DNA of 64,000 bases, from the IMG/VR virus record IMGVR_UViG_3300028591_000071. One strand, 5' to 3'. The notes beneath the pieces were generated by a model. The model did no database searches. It had not been told where the DNA came from and saw only the letters and a program-made list of their open reading frames with translations. A program made the translations under genes and the position numbers. Below, in pieces: positions 31,423 to 39,698 of this stretch. Positions within the stretch are counted from its first letter, which is position 1. Each line of letters opens with the position of its first letter. The DNA comes from a virus (taxonomy: Duplodnaviria > Caudoviricetes).

Positions 31423-31791
31423 ATGCTTACAAGAAAAGAACTTATTGAAATTGGCGTAAATCCCGACAACATGACTTATCCCGACGGGGAAGAGAATGTC
31501 ATTGTCCAATGTTTTGGCTATGAAGATGGATTGCAGGAGAACTATGCAACGGGGGAGAAGGGCCCTATAAAAGAGGTTTACCCCGATATCTATCACCCAC
31601 GGAGGAATAGCGTTTATATGTGTACAGACGGGGATGTTCCATTTGAAACAGAAGAGGCGAAGAAAGATTGGGTGGCACACCTTCGTGATTCGGCGGAAAG
31701 ACTCAAAGTGATGGCATATTACCTTTCAAAGCAGGCGGATGAAATAGAAGAACTCGGCTATCCGAAGACTGATTGTTATTATCCGGAATAG
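31423..31791 (+). CDS. Hypothetical protein
   Basis: 122 aa; follows a sigma54 motif. Confidence 0.8.
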   Translation: MLTRKELIEIGVNPDNMTYPDGEENVIVQCFGYEDGLQENYATGEKGPIKEVYPDIYHPRRNSVYMCTDGDVPFETEEAKKDWVAHLRDSAERLKVMAYYLSKQADEIEELGYPKTDCYYPE

Positions 31792-31792
31792 T

Positions 31793-31809
31793 TTGGCACG
31801 ATATTTGCA
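31793..31809 (+). promoter_or_regulatory. Sigma54-type -24/-12 promoter
   Basis: TTGGCACG-ATAT-TTGCA, exact consensus. Confidence 0.8.
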
Positions 31810-31821
31810 ATATAAAAAAGC

Positions 31822-32199
31822 ATGATGATTTTAACAGCACTTTTTGGAATTAAAGAAGCCATCTTATTCCTGATTGGAATATGTGTTTTTTCGTACTTCA
31901 TTGTCATGGCGATTAACAACGTATATGACAAAGAAGCAAAAAAGGCGATGGCCGCTCCGATTGAGACCGCAAAAGAGATGGGACTCAACCTTTTTCATAG
32001 GAAAGGGAAAGATGACGAAATTTCTGCCATCGGAAAAAACTATGCCTTTGTCATGCAATACAATTCGGCAAAGGGCAAGTACTATGCCTTCATCTACGAT
32101 ATGGAAAGCGGAAATTATAAGATGTCAATAGTATCAAGCGACTATAATGCGGTACTGAAGTCCGCTAAGGAACTTGTTGAAAACCTTGAAAAATTTTGA
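31822..32199 (+). CDS. Membrane-anchored hypothetical protein
   Basis: N-terminal hydrophobic helix. Confidence 0.75.
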   Translation: MMILTALFGIKEAILFLIGICVFSYFIVMAINNVYDKEAKKAMAAPIETAKEMGLNLFHRKGKDDEISAIGKNYAFVMQYNSAKGKYYAFIYDMESGNYKMSIVSSDYNAVLKSAKELVENLEKF

Positions 32200-32200
32200 T

Positions 32201-32449
32201 ATGAAGAAGATTATTTTACTTATTGTCGCGATGTTGGCGTTTTCCGCTTGCGATACAAGCATGATGTATGAGCCTGCAACTAACGAACGCGGGGTTACAG
32301 AACAATTGATTTCGTCCGATGTTGCATCAAGTATTACAAAGGTGACGGTAGAGGGGCACGAATACTTTGTGTTTAGGAATAAAGTTTACTGTGGAAGTTC
32401 GATTGCCGTCGTTCATTCAGAGTCGTGTCCTTGTCATAATAAAGAATAA
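32201..32449 (+). CDS. Small lipoprotein
   Basis: MKKIILLIVAMLAFSA-C lipobox. Confidence 0.8.
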   Translation: MKKIILLIVAMLAFSACDTSMMYEPATNERGVTEQLISSDVASSITKVTVEGHEYFVFRNKVYCGSSIAVVHSESCPCHNKE

Positions 32450-32450
32450 T

Positions 32451-32732
32451 ATGAAGAAGATTTTTGCACTTTTAGCAGCGATTATGCTGTTTGCCTCATG
32501 TTCGAAGAAAGACTATGAGGCGACGATAACCTATCGGATTTATTATCCGGGAAATACAGTTACGAGGTCATACACCATGGAGGCCACCGAGCACCCTGGA
32601 TACATCTTAGCATCAAACAGAGGTTCAAATTACCTCGTCATCGTGGCAGGAGGTTCTTTCTCCCATCAAGAAAAACTCGAAGACACATCCGCTCCGATTG
32701 AAGTTGTGTCTTTCACCAAGAAAAAGAAATAG
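32451..32732 (+). CDS. Small lipoprotein
   Basis: MKKIFALLAAIMLFAS-C lipobox. Confidence 0.8.
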   Translation: MKKIFALLAAIMLFASCSKKDYEATITYRIYYPGNTVTRSYTMEATEHPGYILASNRGSNYLVIVAGGSFSHQEKLEDTSAPIEVVSFTKKKK

Positions 32733-32733
32733 T

Positions 32734-32750
32734 TTGGCACGATATTTGCA
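32734..32750 (+). promoter_or_regulatory. Sigma54-type -24/-12 promoter
   Basis: TTGGCACG-ATAT-TTGCA, exact consensus. Confidence 0.8.
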
Positions 32751-32772
32751 GTAGTTTAAGAAAATAAAAAAC

Positions 32773-33015
32773 ATGGAAAAGAACTACATTATCAACGAAA
32801 CCCTTATTAGGGAAATGGCTAACGAGGGAAAAAGGATTACCGACGACAACGGTTATGTGTATAGCATCGACAAGGACGAAGATAATGGCTATTTGTATTT
32901 AGGTCGTTTTCTCCCTGGCGAAGGGGGGAACTGTCTCCCGTTTGGTAAACGCCTCAACGGAAAAACGATTGAGAAAATGATTGTTTATCTCGAAGACAAT
33001 TGGAATAAGGAGTAG
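32773..33015 (+). CDS. Hypothetical protein
   Basis: 80 aa. Confidence 0.7.
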   Translation: MEKNYIINETLIREMANEGKRITDDNGYVYSIDKDEDNGYLYLGRFLPGEGGNCLPFGKRLNGKTIEKMIVYLEDNWNKE

Positions 33016-33068
33016 GGGAGGTTTAAAAATTAAACTTTCCCAAGTATTTTGTATATTTGAGGCAGTCG

Positions 33069-33158
33069 AAAACACCACACAGGTTTGAATCCCGTATTGG
33101 CGGTCCCGGCCACTAAAGGGCAACGCCGATTGCAAGGTGATGCAGTGGTGTTTTTTTT
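33069..33158 (+). ncRNA. Permuted tRNA-like small RNA, copy 1
   Basis: 10-bp closing stem, T-arm-like hairpin (TTTGAAT loop), 7-bp acceptor-like stem, D-arm-like hairpin, T8 tail; TATATTTG promoter at 33052. Confidence 0.7.
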
Positions 33159-33190
33159 GTTTTTATAAGAAGTTTTTATATATTTGTAAC

Positions 33191-33541
33191 ATGAAAGAAG
33201 AAAGTAGACGAAGAATCGCGAGGATGTTCCTCGAAGAAAATTTTGGTAAAAACGGCAGTCTTGCAGTCAATGCCTATGGTTTGTATATTTCAATACCCAA
33301 GCCGTTTGAACTGTACAGGTCTTGGGACAGCATGAAAAAAGATGCCCATGGAAACGAAGCAAGGGCTTTCGAAGTGATGTATGCCCCATATGTCTCTTCT
33401 GCCGAACATAGAATGATAGCAGTATCCGACAACAAAGATGAACTCAATGAAATAGTCAACCAATGTTTTGATAAAGAAAGAATTAAACTTGGTCTTGTTG
33501 AGTTTGAAGAGTATAATGGGTATAAAGTGGCGTATGATTGA
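33191..33541 (+). CDS. Hypothetical protein
   Basis: ATG 4 nt after TATATTTG. Confidence 0.75.
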   Translation: MKEESRRRIARMFLEENFGKNGSLAVNAYGLYISIPKPFELYRSWDSMKKDAHGNEARAFEVMYAPYVSSAEHRMIAVSDNKDELNEIVNQCFDKERIKLGLVEFEEYNGYKVAYD

Positions 33542-34047
33542 TGAAGGACGAAAGGAATTTCATACACTTTTCAGACGGCAGCAGAATGTTTCATGCCTTC
33601 GGCAAAAAAGATGCGTGGTGCGTTTATTACGAGGCCAAAAGTTCAAAGCCGAAAGCAATGTTGGATAGGGAATATTTCAGTGTTCTAAAGTGGATGGCAG
33701 ACACATACGGAAAAGACAAAGTGTATTCCGACTTCGTTTCAATCTATGACACAACTAGTGATTGTTTCGACGAGCGCGTCATAGAACTGATAAAAGAAAA
33801 ATCAAACTCATACAAGGGCGGCGAAGTTCGGGCAGAGAAGTTATTTTGCATCCTATATATGGCAATGGTTTCCGAATACCATTATGTGTCTAAAAGAGGT
33901 GAACCAAGCAAGTTAAACAAGAAGGTGAAGAGACTTGCTGTACATCAGATACTTAATGACGGATATTCAGTGGATGATGCAGCAAATTTTAGTTACAGAA
34001 AAAACCCGGAAAAACTGAACGAGTTATGTAATCAATACGGATTTTAA
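33541..34047 (+). CDS. Hypothetical protein
   Basis: 168 aa, coupled to the upstream gene. Confidence 0.8.
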   Translation: MKDERNFIHFSDGSRMFHAFGKKDAWCVYYEAKSSKPKAMLDREYFSVLKWMADTYGKDKVYSDFVSIYDTTSDCFDERVIELIKEKSNSYKGGEVRAEKLFCILYMAMVSEYHYVSKRGEPSKLNKKVKRLAVHQILNDGYSVDDAANFSYRKNPEKLNELCNQYGF

Positions 34048-34050
34048 AGT

Positions 34051-34067
34051 TTGGCACGATTTTTGTA
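34051..34067 (+). promoter_or_regulatory. Sigma54-type promoter for RNA copy 2
   Basis: TTGGCACG-ATTT-TTGTA; predicted +1 near 34078. Confidence 0.7.
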
Positions 34068-34080
34068 AGATAAATAGACG

Positions 34081-34169
34081 AAGTTATTACACGGGTTTGA
34101 ATCCCGTATTGGCGGTCCCGGTCACTAAAGGGCAACGCCGATTGCAAGGAGATGCAGTGGTGATTTTTT
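34081..34169 (+). ncRNA. Permuted tRNA-like small RNA, copy 2
   Basis: 72-nt core differs from copy 1 at 3 positions; the closing stem is diverged but still pairs through G-U. Confidence 0.7.
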
Positions 34170-34246
34170 GTTTTTTGAAAAGAAGTTTGTATATTTGAAT
34201 CGTGGGAACTATTTATAGAACACACAACAGAACATAATATTCTTAC

Positions 34247-34350
34247 AGAGGTGAAGGGCTGCAAGAATAATACATATTAGAAATCCAGCGGATTGCAGTC
34301 ATAGTGCCCACCCTTCACTTTATGGTACGCCGATTGCGAGCCGCTTTTTT
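34247..34350 (+). promoter_or_regulatory. Structured leader with alternative terminator/antiterminator folds
   Basis: GAGGTGAAGGG/CCCTTCACTTT plus CTGCAA/TTGCAG versus AGCGGATTGCAGTC/GATTGCGAGCCGCT-T tract. Confidence 0.6.
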
Positions 34351-34375
34351 ATGAGAATTATTAACATTTGAAAAT

Positions 34376-35725
34376 ATGGATACACCAAAAAAACCCAACA
34401 TTAAAAATTTGCCCGAAGGATATGATATTAGATGGAATCCTGCCACATCAAAGTGGCAAATGTATTGCATTAAAGGGTTCTCCGAAAGGTATTTGTCTAA
34501 AAACAAAAATAAATTCATACCAAAGCCATCCATAGCAAAAACAAAAGTTGGAGGAAAGAAGGGAAAAAACGAAAGTATGCTGGACGCCAAGCGAATTGGC
34601 TACGATGAGTTTTATACAAGAAAAGAAGATATTGCTGAAGAAGTTACACAATACAAAGATTATTTTAGGGGTAAAACGGTCTATTGTCCATGCGACAAAG
34701 CATATAATCTTGGAATGAGCAATTTTTTTGTTTTCTTTGCAACATATTTCAAAGAACTAGGCATTGAAAAGTTGATATGTACGCAATACAACCCAGAAGG
34801 GCACGGAACTGTGAAATCAATAACAGCATGCACGGTGTCTGAATTAGAAAGTAGAGGTATAAAATGGGAGTGGCACGGAGAAAATGGCGGAGATAAGCTA
34901 CCAGATGAGAGTGAAATACCAATTGATTTTCTTATGGGGGATGGCTCATTTGATTCCGAAGAATGCAAAAAAATAATGCTCGGCGAAAGTGGCGATGGGA
35001 AAAATGTTATAGTTTGTACGAATCCACCGTTCAGCAAGTGGAAAGAGTTCATAAAACAGGTTATGGACTGCGGATGCGGTTTTCTTGTTCTTTCTAATCA
35101 GAATGCAATTACATATAAAGAAACATTCCAATATATAAGAGATAATAAAATGTGGATTGGATATAAGCCTCTTGGGAGTGAAATGTTTTTCCATATTACG
35201 GATGAATATAAAGAAGAAATCCGTAAAAAGAAGAAAGAGGGCAGTGGATGGAAAGTCATTAACGGAGAAATAATGGCGAGAGTTGCCGTTGCTTGTTGGT
35301 TTACAAACCTTTCAAACGAAAAAAGGGCCAATGAACTGTATTTGTCAGAAACATATAAGGATAACGAAGAAAAGTATCCGAATGTCGTTAATATGGCAAA
35401 CTGTATAGACATTGGGCATTGGAAAAAGAACGGAAAATGGGAAGGCAAATTGGATATGATTCCTAAAGATTATCCATACACTATGGCGGTCCCTATTACA
35501 TTTCTCGGTAAATATAACCCTGAACAATTTGAAATTGTTGGTTGTCCAGACGCTGATGTTCTGCCAGAAGGATGGAATGGTATGCCACAGTGGTTTATTG
35601 ATGCTTATTATAAGCAGGGAAACACTGGTTCTTATAAGGAAGGGAATCGCTTGGATGCTTTTGTTAAAGACGGGAAGGCGGTTGTCGCCTTCAAAAGACT
35701 TTTGATTAAACACAAGAAAATTTAA
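34376..35725 (+). CDS. EcoRI-family adenine-specific DNA methyltransferase
   Basis: DEFYT, VYCPCD, GDGSFDSEEC, TNPPFS, VPITFL.KYNPEQFEIVG. Confidence 0.9.
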   Translation: MDTPKKPNIKNLPEGYDIRWNPATSKWQMYCIKGFSERYLSKNKNKFIPKPSIAKTKVGGKKGKNESMLDAKRIGYDEFYTRKEDIAEEVTQYKDYFRGKTVYCPCDKAYNLGMSNFFVFFATYFKELGIEKLICTQYNPEGHGTVKSITACTVSELESRGIKWEWHGENGGDKLPDESEIPIDFLMGDGSFDSEECKKIMLGESGDGKNVIVCTNPPFSKWKEFIKQVMDCGCGFLVLSNQNAITYKETFQYIRDNKMWIGYKPLGSEMFFHITDEYKEEIRKKKKEGSGWKVINGEIMARVAVACWFTNLSNEKRANELYLSETYKDNEEKYPNVVNMANCIDIGHWKKNGKWEGKLDMIPKDYPYTMAVPITFLGKYNPEQFEIVGCPDADVLPEGWNGMPQWFIDAYYKQGNTGSYKEGNRLDAFVKDGKAVVAFKRLLIKHKKI

Positions 35726-35744
35726 CTTATAATATTAGTTTATC

Positions 35745-37172
35745 ATGGGAAAAGAAAATTTTAGAATTCAATTAGATGCTGAATGCGTTGCAAATCCGTT
35801 GGATATTCACGAAGAGACATTTACTCTCAGACAATTAAAAGAAGGGTATTTTGACAACTCCAAAAAATTATCTGGCGAGGTTGTTGCTATGGCTGGCAAG
35901 CTTAATGTACGGCCTAAGTTTCAGAGAGCGTATGTGGTAGAGGCAGATAAGGTGTGGAAGGCGAAACTCATAAACTCCGTGCTAAATCACAGGCCAATTG
36001 GCCTGATTTATTTTGGGGTAGTGAAAGATAAAAAATCCCCATATCTATACATTAACATTGATGGGCAGCAGAGGATTATCACTATTTGTGATTTTATTCA
36101 AGATGTTGGAGCAACTGCAATGCCATTCACAATTAAGGGTGTTGATAAAACTCTTTTTTTCAAGGAACTTCCACAATATTATCAAGACAGAATTCTTGAT
36201 TACGAACTGAAAGTTCAAATTTGTGAAGGCAGCGAGGAAGAAATTTACGAGTGGTTTGAAACAATAAATCAAAAAGCAACAATTCTTGTTCCACAAGAAC
36301 TTAGAAATGTTGCCTACGGTGGTCAATGGCTTGAAGATGCTAAATTTTATTTTTCCGCGACACGCTCAAGTGACAAAAAGGAAATAAATGACAGAAAAAG
36401 CCGTTATTATGGGCCTCTTTATAAAAGTAATGTTGACCCAGTTCGTCAGGAATGCCTTGAAATGGCATTAGATTGGGCTTCTTTTAAGGAAGCCTACGAT
36501 GACGCATTATTGGAAAATCCAGAAACGCCAAAAGAAAAGATTGCAGAAGAAATTGAGAAGAAAGCAAGTGAAGATGCGAGAATCAGGCTTTACATGTTAA
36601 ACCACAAAGACGATGAAGATGCATCTGAACTGATTTCCTCGTACAAGGAAAGAATTGATTGGATTCACGATGTGTTTTTCCACAATGGAATATATTCTCC
36701 TCAGACAATAAAGAGTCAGCCTTGGGGTAGGATATATGCTATGTATTCAGATATGGACCTTTCGGAAGAGGATAAATCACGAATTTCAAATAGATGCAAA
36801 GTTATTTGTGGTGGGGGTTCTGAACTATACAATAAGTCAACTGGTGTTTACGAATGGGTTCTTCGTGGCGAAAAGGATGAAGAAATTAAGACATATTTGC
36901 AGTACCGTGGATTTGAAGAGAAGGATAGGCGCAACATGTGGGAACAGCAGGGGCATAGAGACCCAATTGACGGAAAAGAATATCCGTTTGAAGAAATGGA
37001 TGGACACCATATCATTTCTTGGAAAGACGGAGGACCAACAGATACGGGAAATCTAGTAATGCTTTCCAAAAATAATCATCAAAAATTGCACAGAGGATTT
37101 TATGGAATACCCCCATCCGAACTAAGGGTTAAAAGGGATGAATACATTAAAGAATATTACTCTAAAAAATAG
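35745..37172 (+). CDS. DUF262 (ParB-like/GmrS) plus HNH endonuclease
   Basis: PKFQR, IDGQQR, FETINQ, C-terminal DGHHIISWKDGGPT..NL..L...H. Confidence 0.88.
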   Translation: MGKENFRIQLDAECVANPLDIHEETFTLRQLKEGYFDNSKKLSGEVVAMAGKLNVRPKFQRAYVVEADKVWKAKLINSVLNHRPIGLIYFGVVKDKKSPYLYINIDGQQRIITICDFIQDVGATAMPFTIKGVDKTLFFKELPQYYQDRILDYELKVQICEGSEEEIYEWFETINQKATILVPQELRNVAYGGQWLEDAKFYFSATRSSDKKEINDRKSRYYGPLYKSNVDPVRQECLEMALDWASFKEAYDDALLENPETPKEKIAEEIEKKASEDARIRLYMLNHKDDEDASELISSYKERIDWIHDVFFHNGIYSPQTIKSQPWGRIYAMYSDMDLSEEDKSRISNRCKVICGGGSELYNKSTGVYEWVLRGEKDEEIKTYLQYRGFEEKDRRNMWEQQGHRDPIDGKEYPFEEMDGHHIISWKDGGPTDTGNLVMLSKNNHQKLHRGFYGIPPSELRVKRDEYIKEYYSKK

Positions 37173-37203
37173 ATGCAATCGCGTCGAAAGAACCAAAGAA
37201 AGG

Positions 37204-37236
37204 AGAAAACGCATCCTAACAAGGGTGCGTTTTCTC
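37204..37236. terminator. Intrinsic terminator
   Basis: AGAAAACGCATCCT-AACA-AGGGTGCGTTTTCT. Confidence 0.7.
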
Positions 37237-37359
37237 GTTCTTGACAACTTTCTAAGAATCGCTATATTTATTATAGTACAGCATCCACCTAACCCGCATG
37301 GATGCGAAGGTAGGAAGACGGGTTACCTTAATAAAACAAACTAAAATAATTCCAAAGTT

Positions 37360-38736
37360 ATGGAAAACAATTTCTATTCGGGGCTCTCCCGAACATTTGA
37401 GGCGTACTTTCCGCAAGTCAAAGAAAGTGTAAAACAAACAATTGAATTCTTCAACGCCGAAACATTCGTATTACCAACACCAAAAGTAGATGACGAACAG
37501 TCAGCATTCGTATCGGACTATATTCCAAGAAGAAATGGCCGAAAGAAACATGTGTCTAAATTAGTGGGCAAATTCACTATTGAGGACGGGGATGAGGAAA
37601 ACATCTTGCCAAAACTCAAGTACGAAGTCCAATCAGGATGCGGTAAAAACCCGACATTTTATCTTGTAACAACGCCATTAGACGATGTAATCTACATCGG
37701 AACAACGGAGACGGGTAAAAGAAAAAAATCAGTGTCGGCATCAACGCTTACAGGTGGGCTTCTCCCACAACATGAAAACAGGCATGCGTATTGTGCCTAT
37801 CTTGGAATCATGTCGGTCGTAAAGAAATTTGGCCACGCACTCGTCTACGAAGTTGATACGCAGTACAGCAACACATTTTTAGACCAATATGGCTGCAAAA
37901 CCAAGATTTACCCGACGAACATCATCATCGACAATATCATCAACGAACTTTACGATGCTGCAGAACGCAACGGTAGTCTTATGATTTCATCAATGCCCGG
38001 ATGTGATGAAGAAACATCCGTTCAGGCTAAGACATCAATCTCCATTTGGAATAGCGTAAAGGCATTCTTCAATATGTACAAAAATGGGGCGTTAAATGTT
38101 AAAGGCAATCCATCAAACGGCGAAGAGATAAAGGTAGCAGTAATTGGAGACTATATGTCAATGGAGTTTTCAACCAATTTCAGCAAAAAAATACAGAGAA
38201 TGCGGAAAGAAAATGAGGAAGATAAAATAAATAACTTAATATCTGAAAAAGTAATTGGGCTATGTAACCCGAGTCGGGACAATGATAAATTTGCATTGAC
38301 AGATTGTAAAAAATCATTGATGCCATTTGCACCAATCGGACCGGAAAAAGAAATGGACGAAAATATAGGTGAAAAATACGGCAAAGAAACCAGAGATTAT
38401 GAATCAAAGATATACGCTATTATAAAGAAAAAATTTATAGCGTCCTATCTGAACATTGGTTGTGACATTCCGTTCAAAAATGAGGACAGTTATTCATCAA
38501 GTAGAGCAATAGTAACGTCACAAAAGAATAATAGCATGATTATTTTGTCGTTTAAAGGAGCTGAAGACCTATCATCCAAATCCGTCAATGAAATTGTAAG
38601 AGAAACAGAATTATTCTTAGGAATATGTATTCCCGACGCAAAAATAGTTGTTGATACAGCAATCACAATGGATGAGATAATTGCAATTGAAAACAAATTT
38701 AACTATGATGGATTAGGGCGACTTAAAATGAGATAA
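37360..38736 (+). CDS. Hypothetical protein
   Basis: 458-aa ORF, no recognised motif; terminator at 38738-38780. Confidence 0.8.
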   Translation: MENNFYSGLSRTFEAYFPQVKESVKQTIEFFNAETFVLPTPKVDDEQSAFVSDYIPRRNGRKKHVSKLVGKFTIEDGDEENILPKLKYEVQSGCGKNPTFYLVTTPLDDVIYIGTTETGKRKKSVSASTLTGGLLPQHENRHAYCAYLGIMSVVKKFGHALVYEVDTQYSNTFLDQYGCKTKIYPTNIIIDNIINELYDAAERNGSLMISSMPGCDEETSVQAKTSISIWNSVKAFFNMYKNGALNVKGNPSNGEEIKVAVIGDYMSMEFSTNFSKKIQRMRKENEEDKINNLISEKVIGLCNPSRDNDKFALTDCKKSLMPFAPIGPEKEMDENIGEKYGKETRDYESKIYAIIKKKFIASYLNIGCDIPFKNEDSYSSSRAIVTSQKNNSMIILSFKGAEDLSSKSVNEIVRETELFLGICIPDAKIVVDTAITMDEIIAIENKFNYDGLGRLKMR

Positions 38737-38813
38737 CAAAAAAGCGTGACTCTCAATGAGCCACGCTTTCTTTTTCTTTTACAGATATTGCTTAGCCTCT
38801 GAGATTAACAAGA

Positions 38814-39335
38814 TTATCCACCAATGGCAGAGTTCATTTCACCTTGGTATTGTTTATTTAACCAATCGGCAATCATCTTATACAAAGCACTTGTAGCATC
38901 AGATTCTTCTTGTACATTATATAAATAATCATATAGTTCTTTCACTTTCATTAAAGTGTCCTCACTTGGGCGTGCCCAAGTTTCACTTAGTATCTTCTTC
39001 ACGCTCTCAGCGACAATCTGCCTGAGAGTATTTTCACTCAATTTTACAGTATTCTCGTTGGTGGATTTTTTGCTGATAATCCTTACATTGTTCTTTCCTT
39101 GACGGCGTAAAGCATCAGCCTTTCTTTCTGCCGCTTCTCTTGTCTTGAATCCCTTATCGCCAACAATACTTCTGTTTGGGCCTTCGCCAATTGTGACAAA
39201 GAAATTCAGGTTTTCATCTTTTGGCCCGACATTTCCCTTCGGGTTTTTTGGGTCAGTAACCCTTTGGAACTTCAGAGCCTCAGCAACAATCTTCCTGATG
39301 GTATTCTCGTTTATCTTTACTACATTCTTTTTCAT
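38814..39335 (-). CDS. Putative internal head protein with two targeting-motif copies
   Basis: VKINENTIRKIVAEAL and VKLSENTLRQIVAESVKKILSE; late motif at 39353. Confidence 0.75.
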   Translation of the reverse strand: MKKNVVKINENTIRKIVAEALKFQRVTDPKNPKGNVGPKDENLNFFVTIGEGPNRSIVGDKGFKTREAAERKADALRRQGKNNVRIISKKSTNENTVKLSENTLRQIVAESVKKILSETWARPSEDTLMKVKELYDYLYNVQEESDATSALYKMIADWLNKQYQGEMNSAIGG

Positions 39336-39365
39336 AATAAATCGATTTTCTTATAAATAGTACAA

Positions 39366-39695
39366 TTATTTGATTAACCACATATAATCATTTTCTTCAT
39401 TGTCTTTCTCCAAATCATTGTATCCGTGCCGTTTATACCACGAATACGCGTTGCTTCCTATTTTCGCTTTAAGGCATATTTGCTTACAGCCAAACTTTTC
39501 AGCGATTTTGTCAGCCGTTTCAAGTATTTTATTTCCTAACCCTTCACCACGATGCTCTTTTGACACAAAGACATTTGAAAGGTACAAGGTGCTATGGTCA
39601 TCGTCATAAACATATACGGAAAACCTAAACGACTTATTTTCGCCGTTTATGTTCCAAACCATTCCCCAATCAGTTTTTTCTTTATCTATTGTCAT
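39366..39695 (-). CDS. GNAT acetyltransferase
   Basis: LSNVFV.KEHRGEGLG...AYSWYKRHGY. Confidence 0.88.
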   Translation of the reverse strand: MTIDKEKTDWGMVWNINGENKSFRFSVYVYDDDHSTLYLSNVFVSKEHRGEGLGNKILETADKIAEKFGCKQICLKAKIGSNAYSWYKRHGYNDLEKDNEENDYMWLIK

Positions 39696-39698
39696 ATT

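Noticed and set aside
33069-34169. Canonical tRNA genes or a CRISPR array
   Set aside because: Arm order is permuted with no anticodon loop or CCA end; there are only two copies, 1 kb apart and separated by genes, and no cas genes.
34247-34350. SAM riboswitch upstream of the methylase
   Set aside because: No SAM-I, SAM-II or SAM-V consensus core was recognisable.
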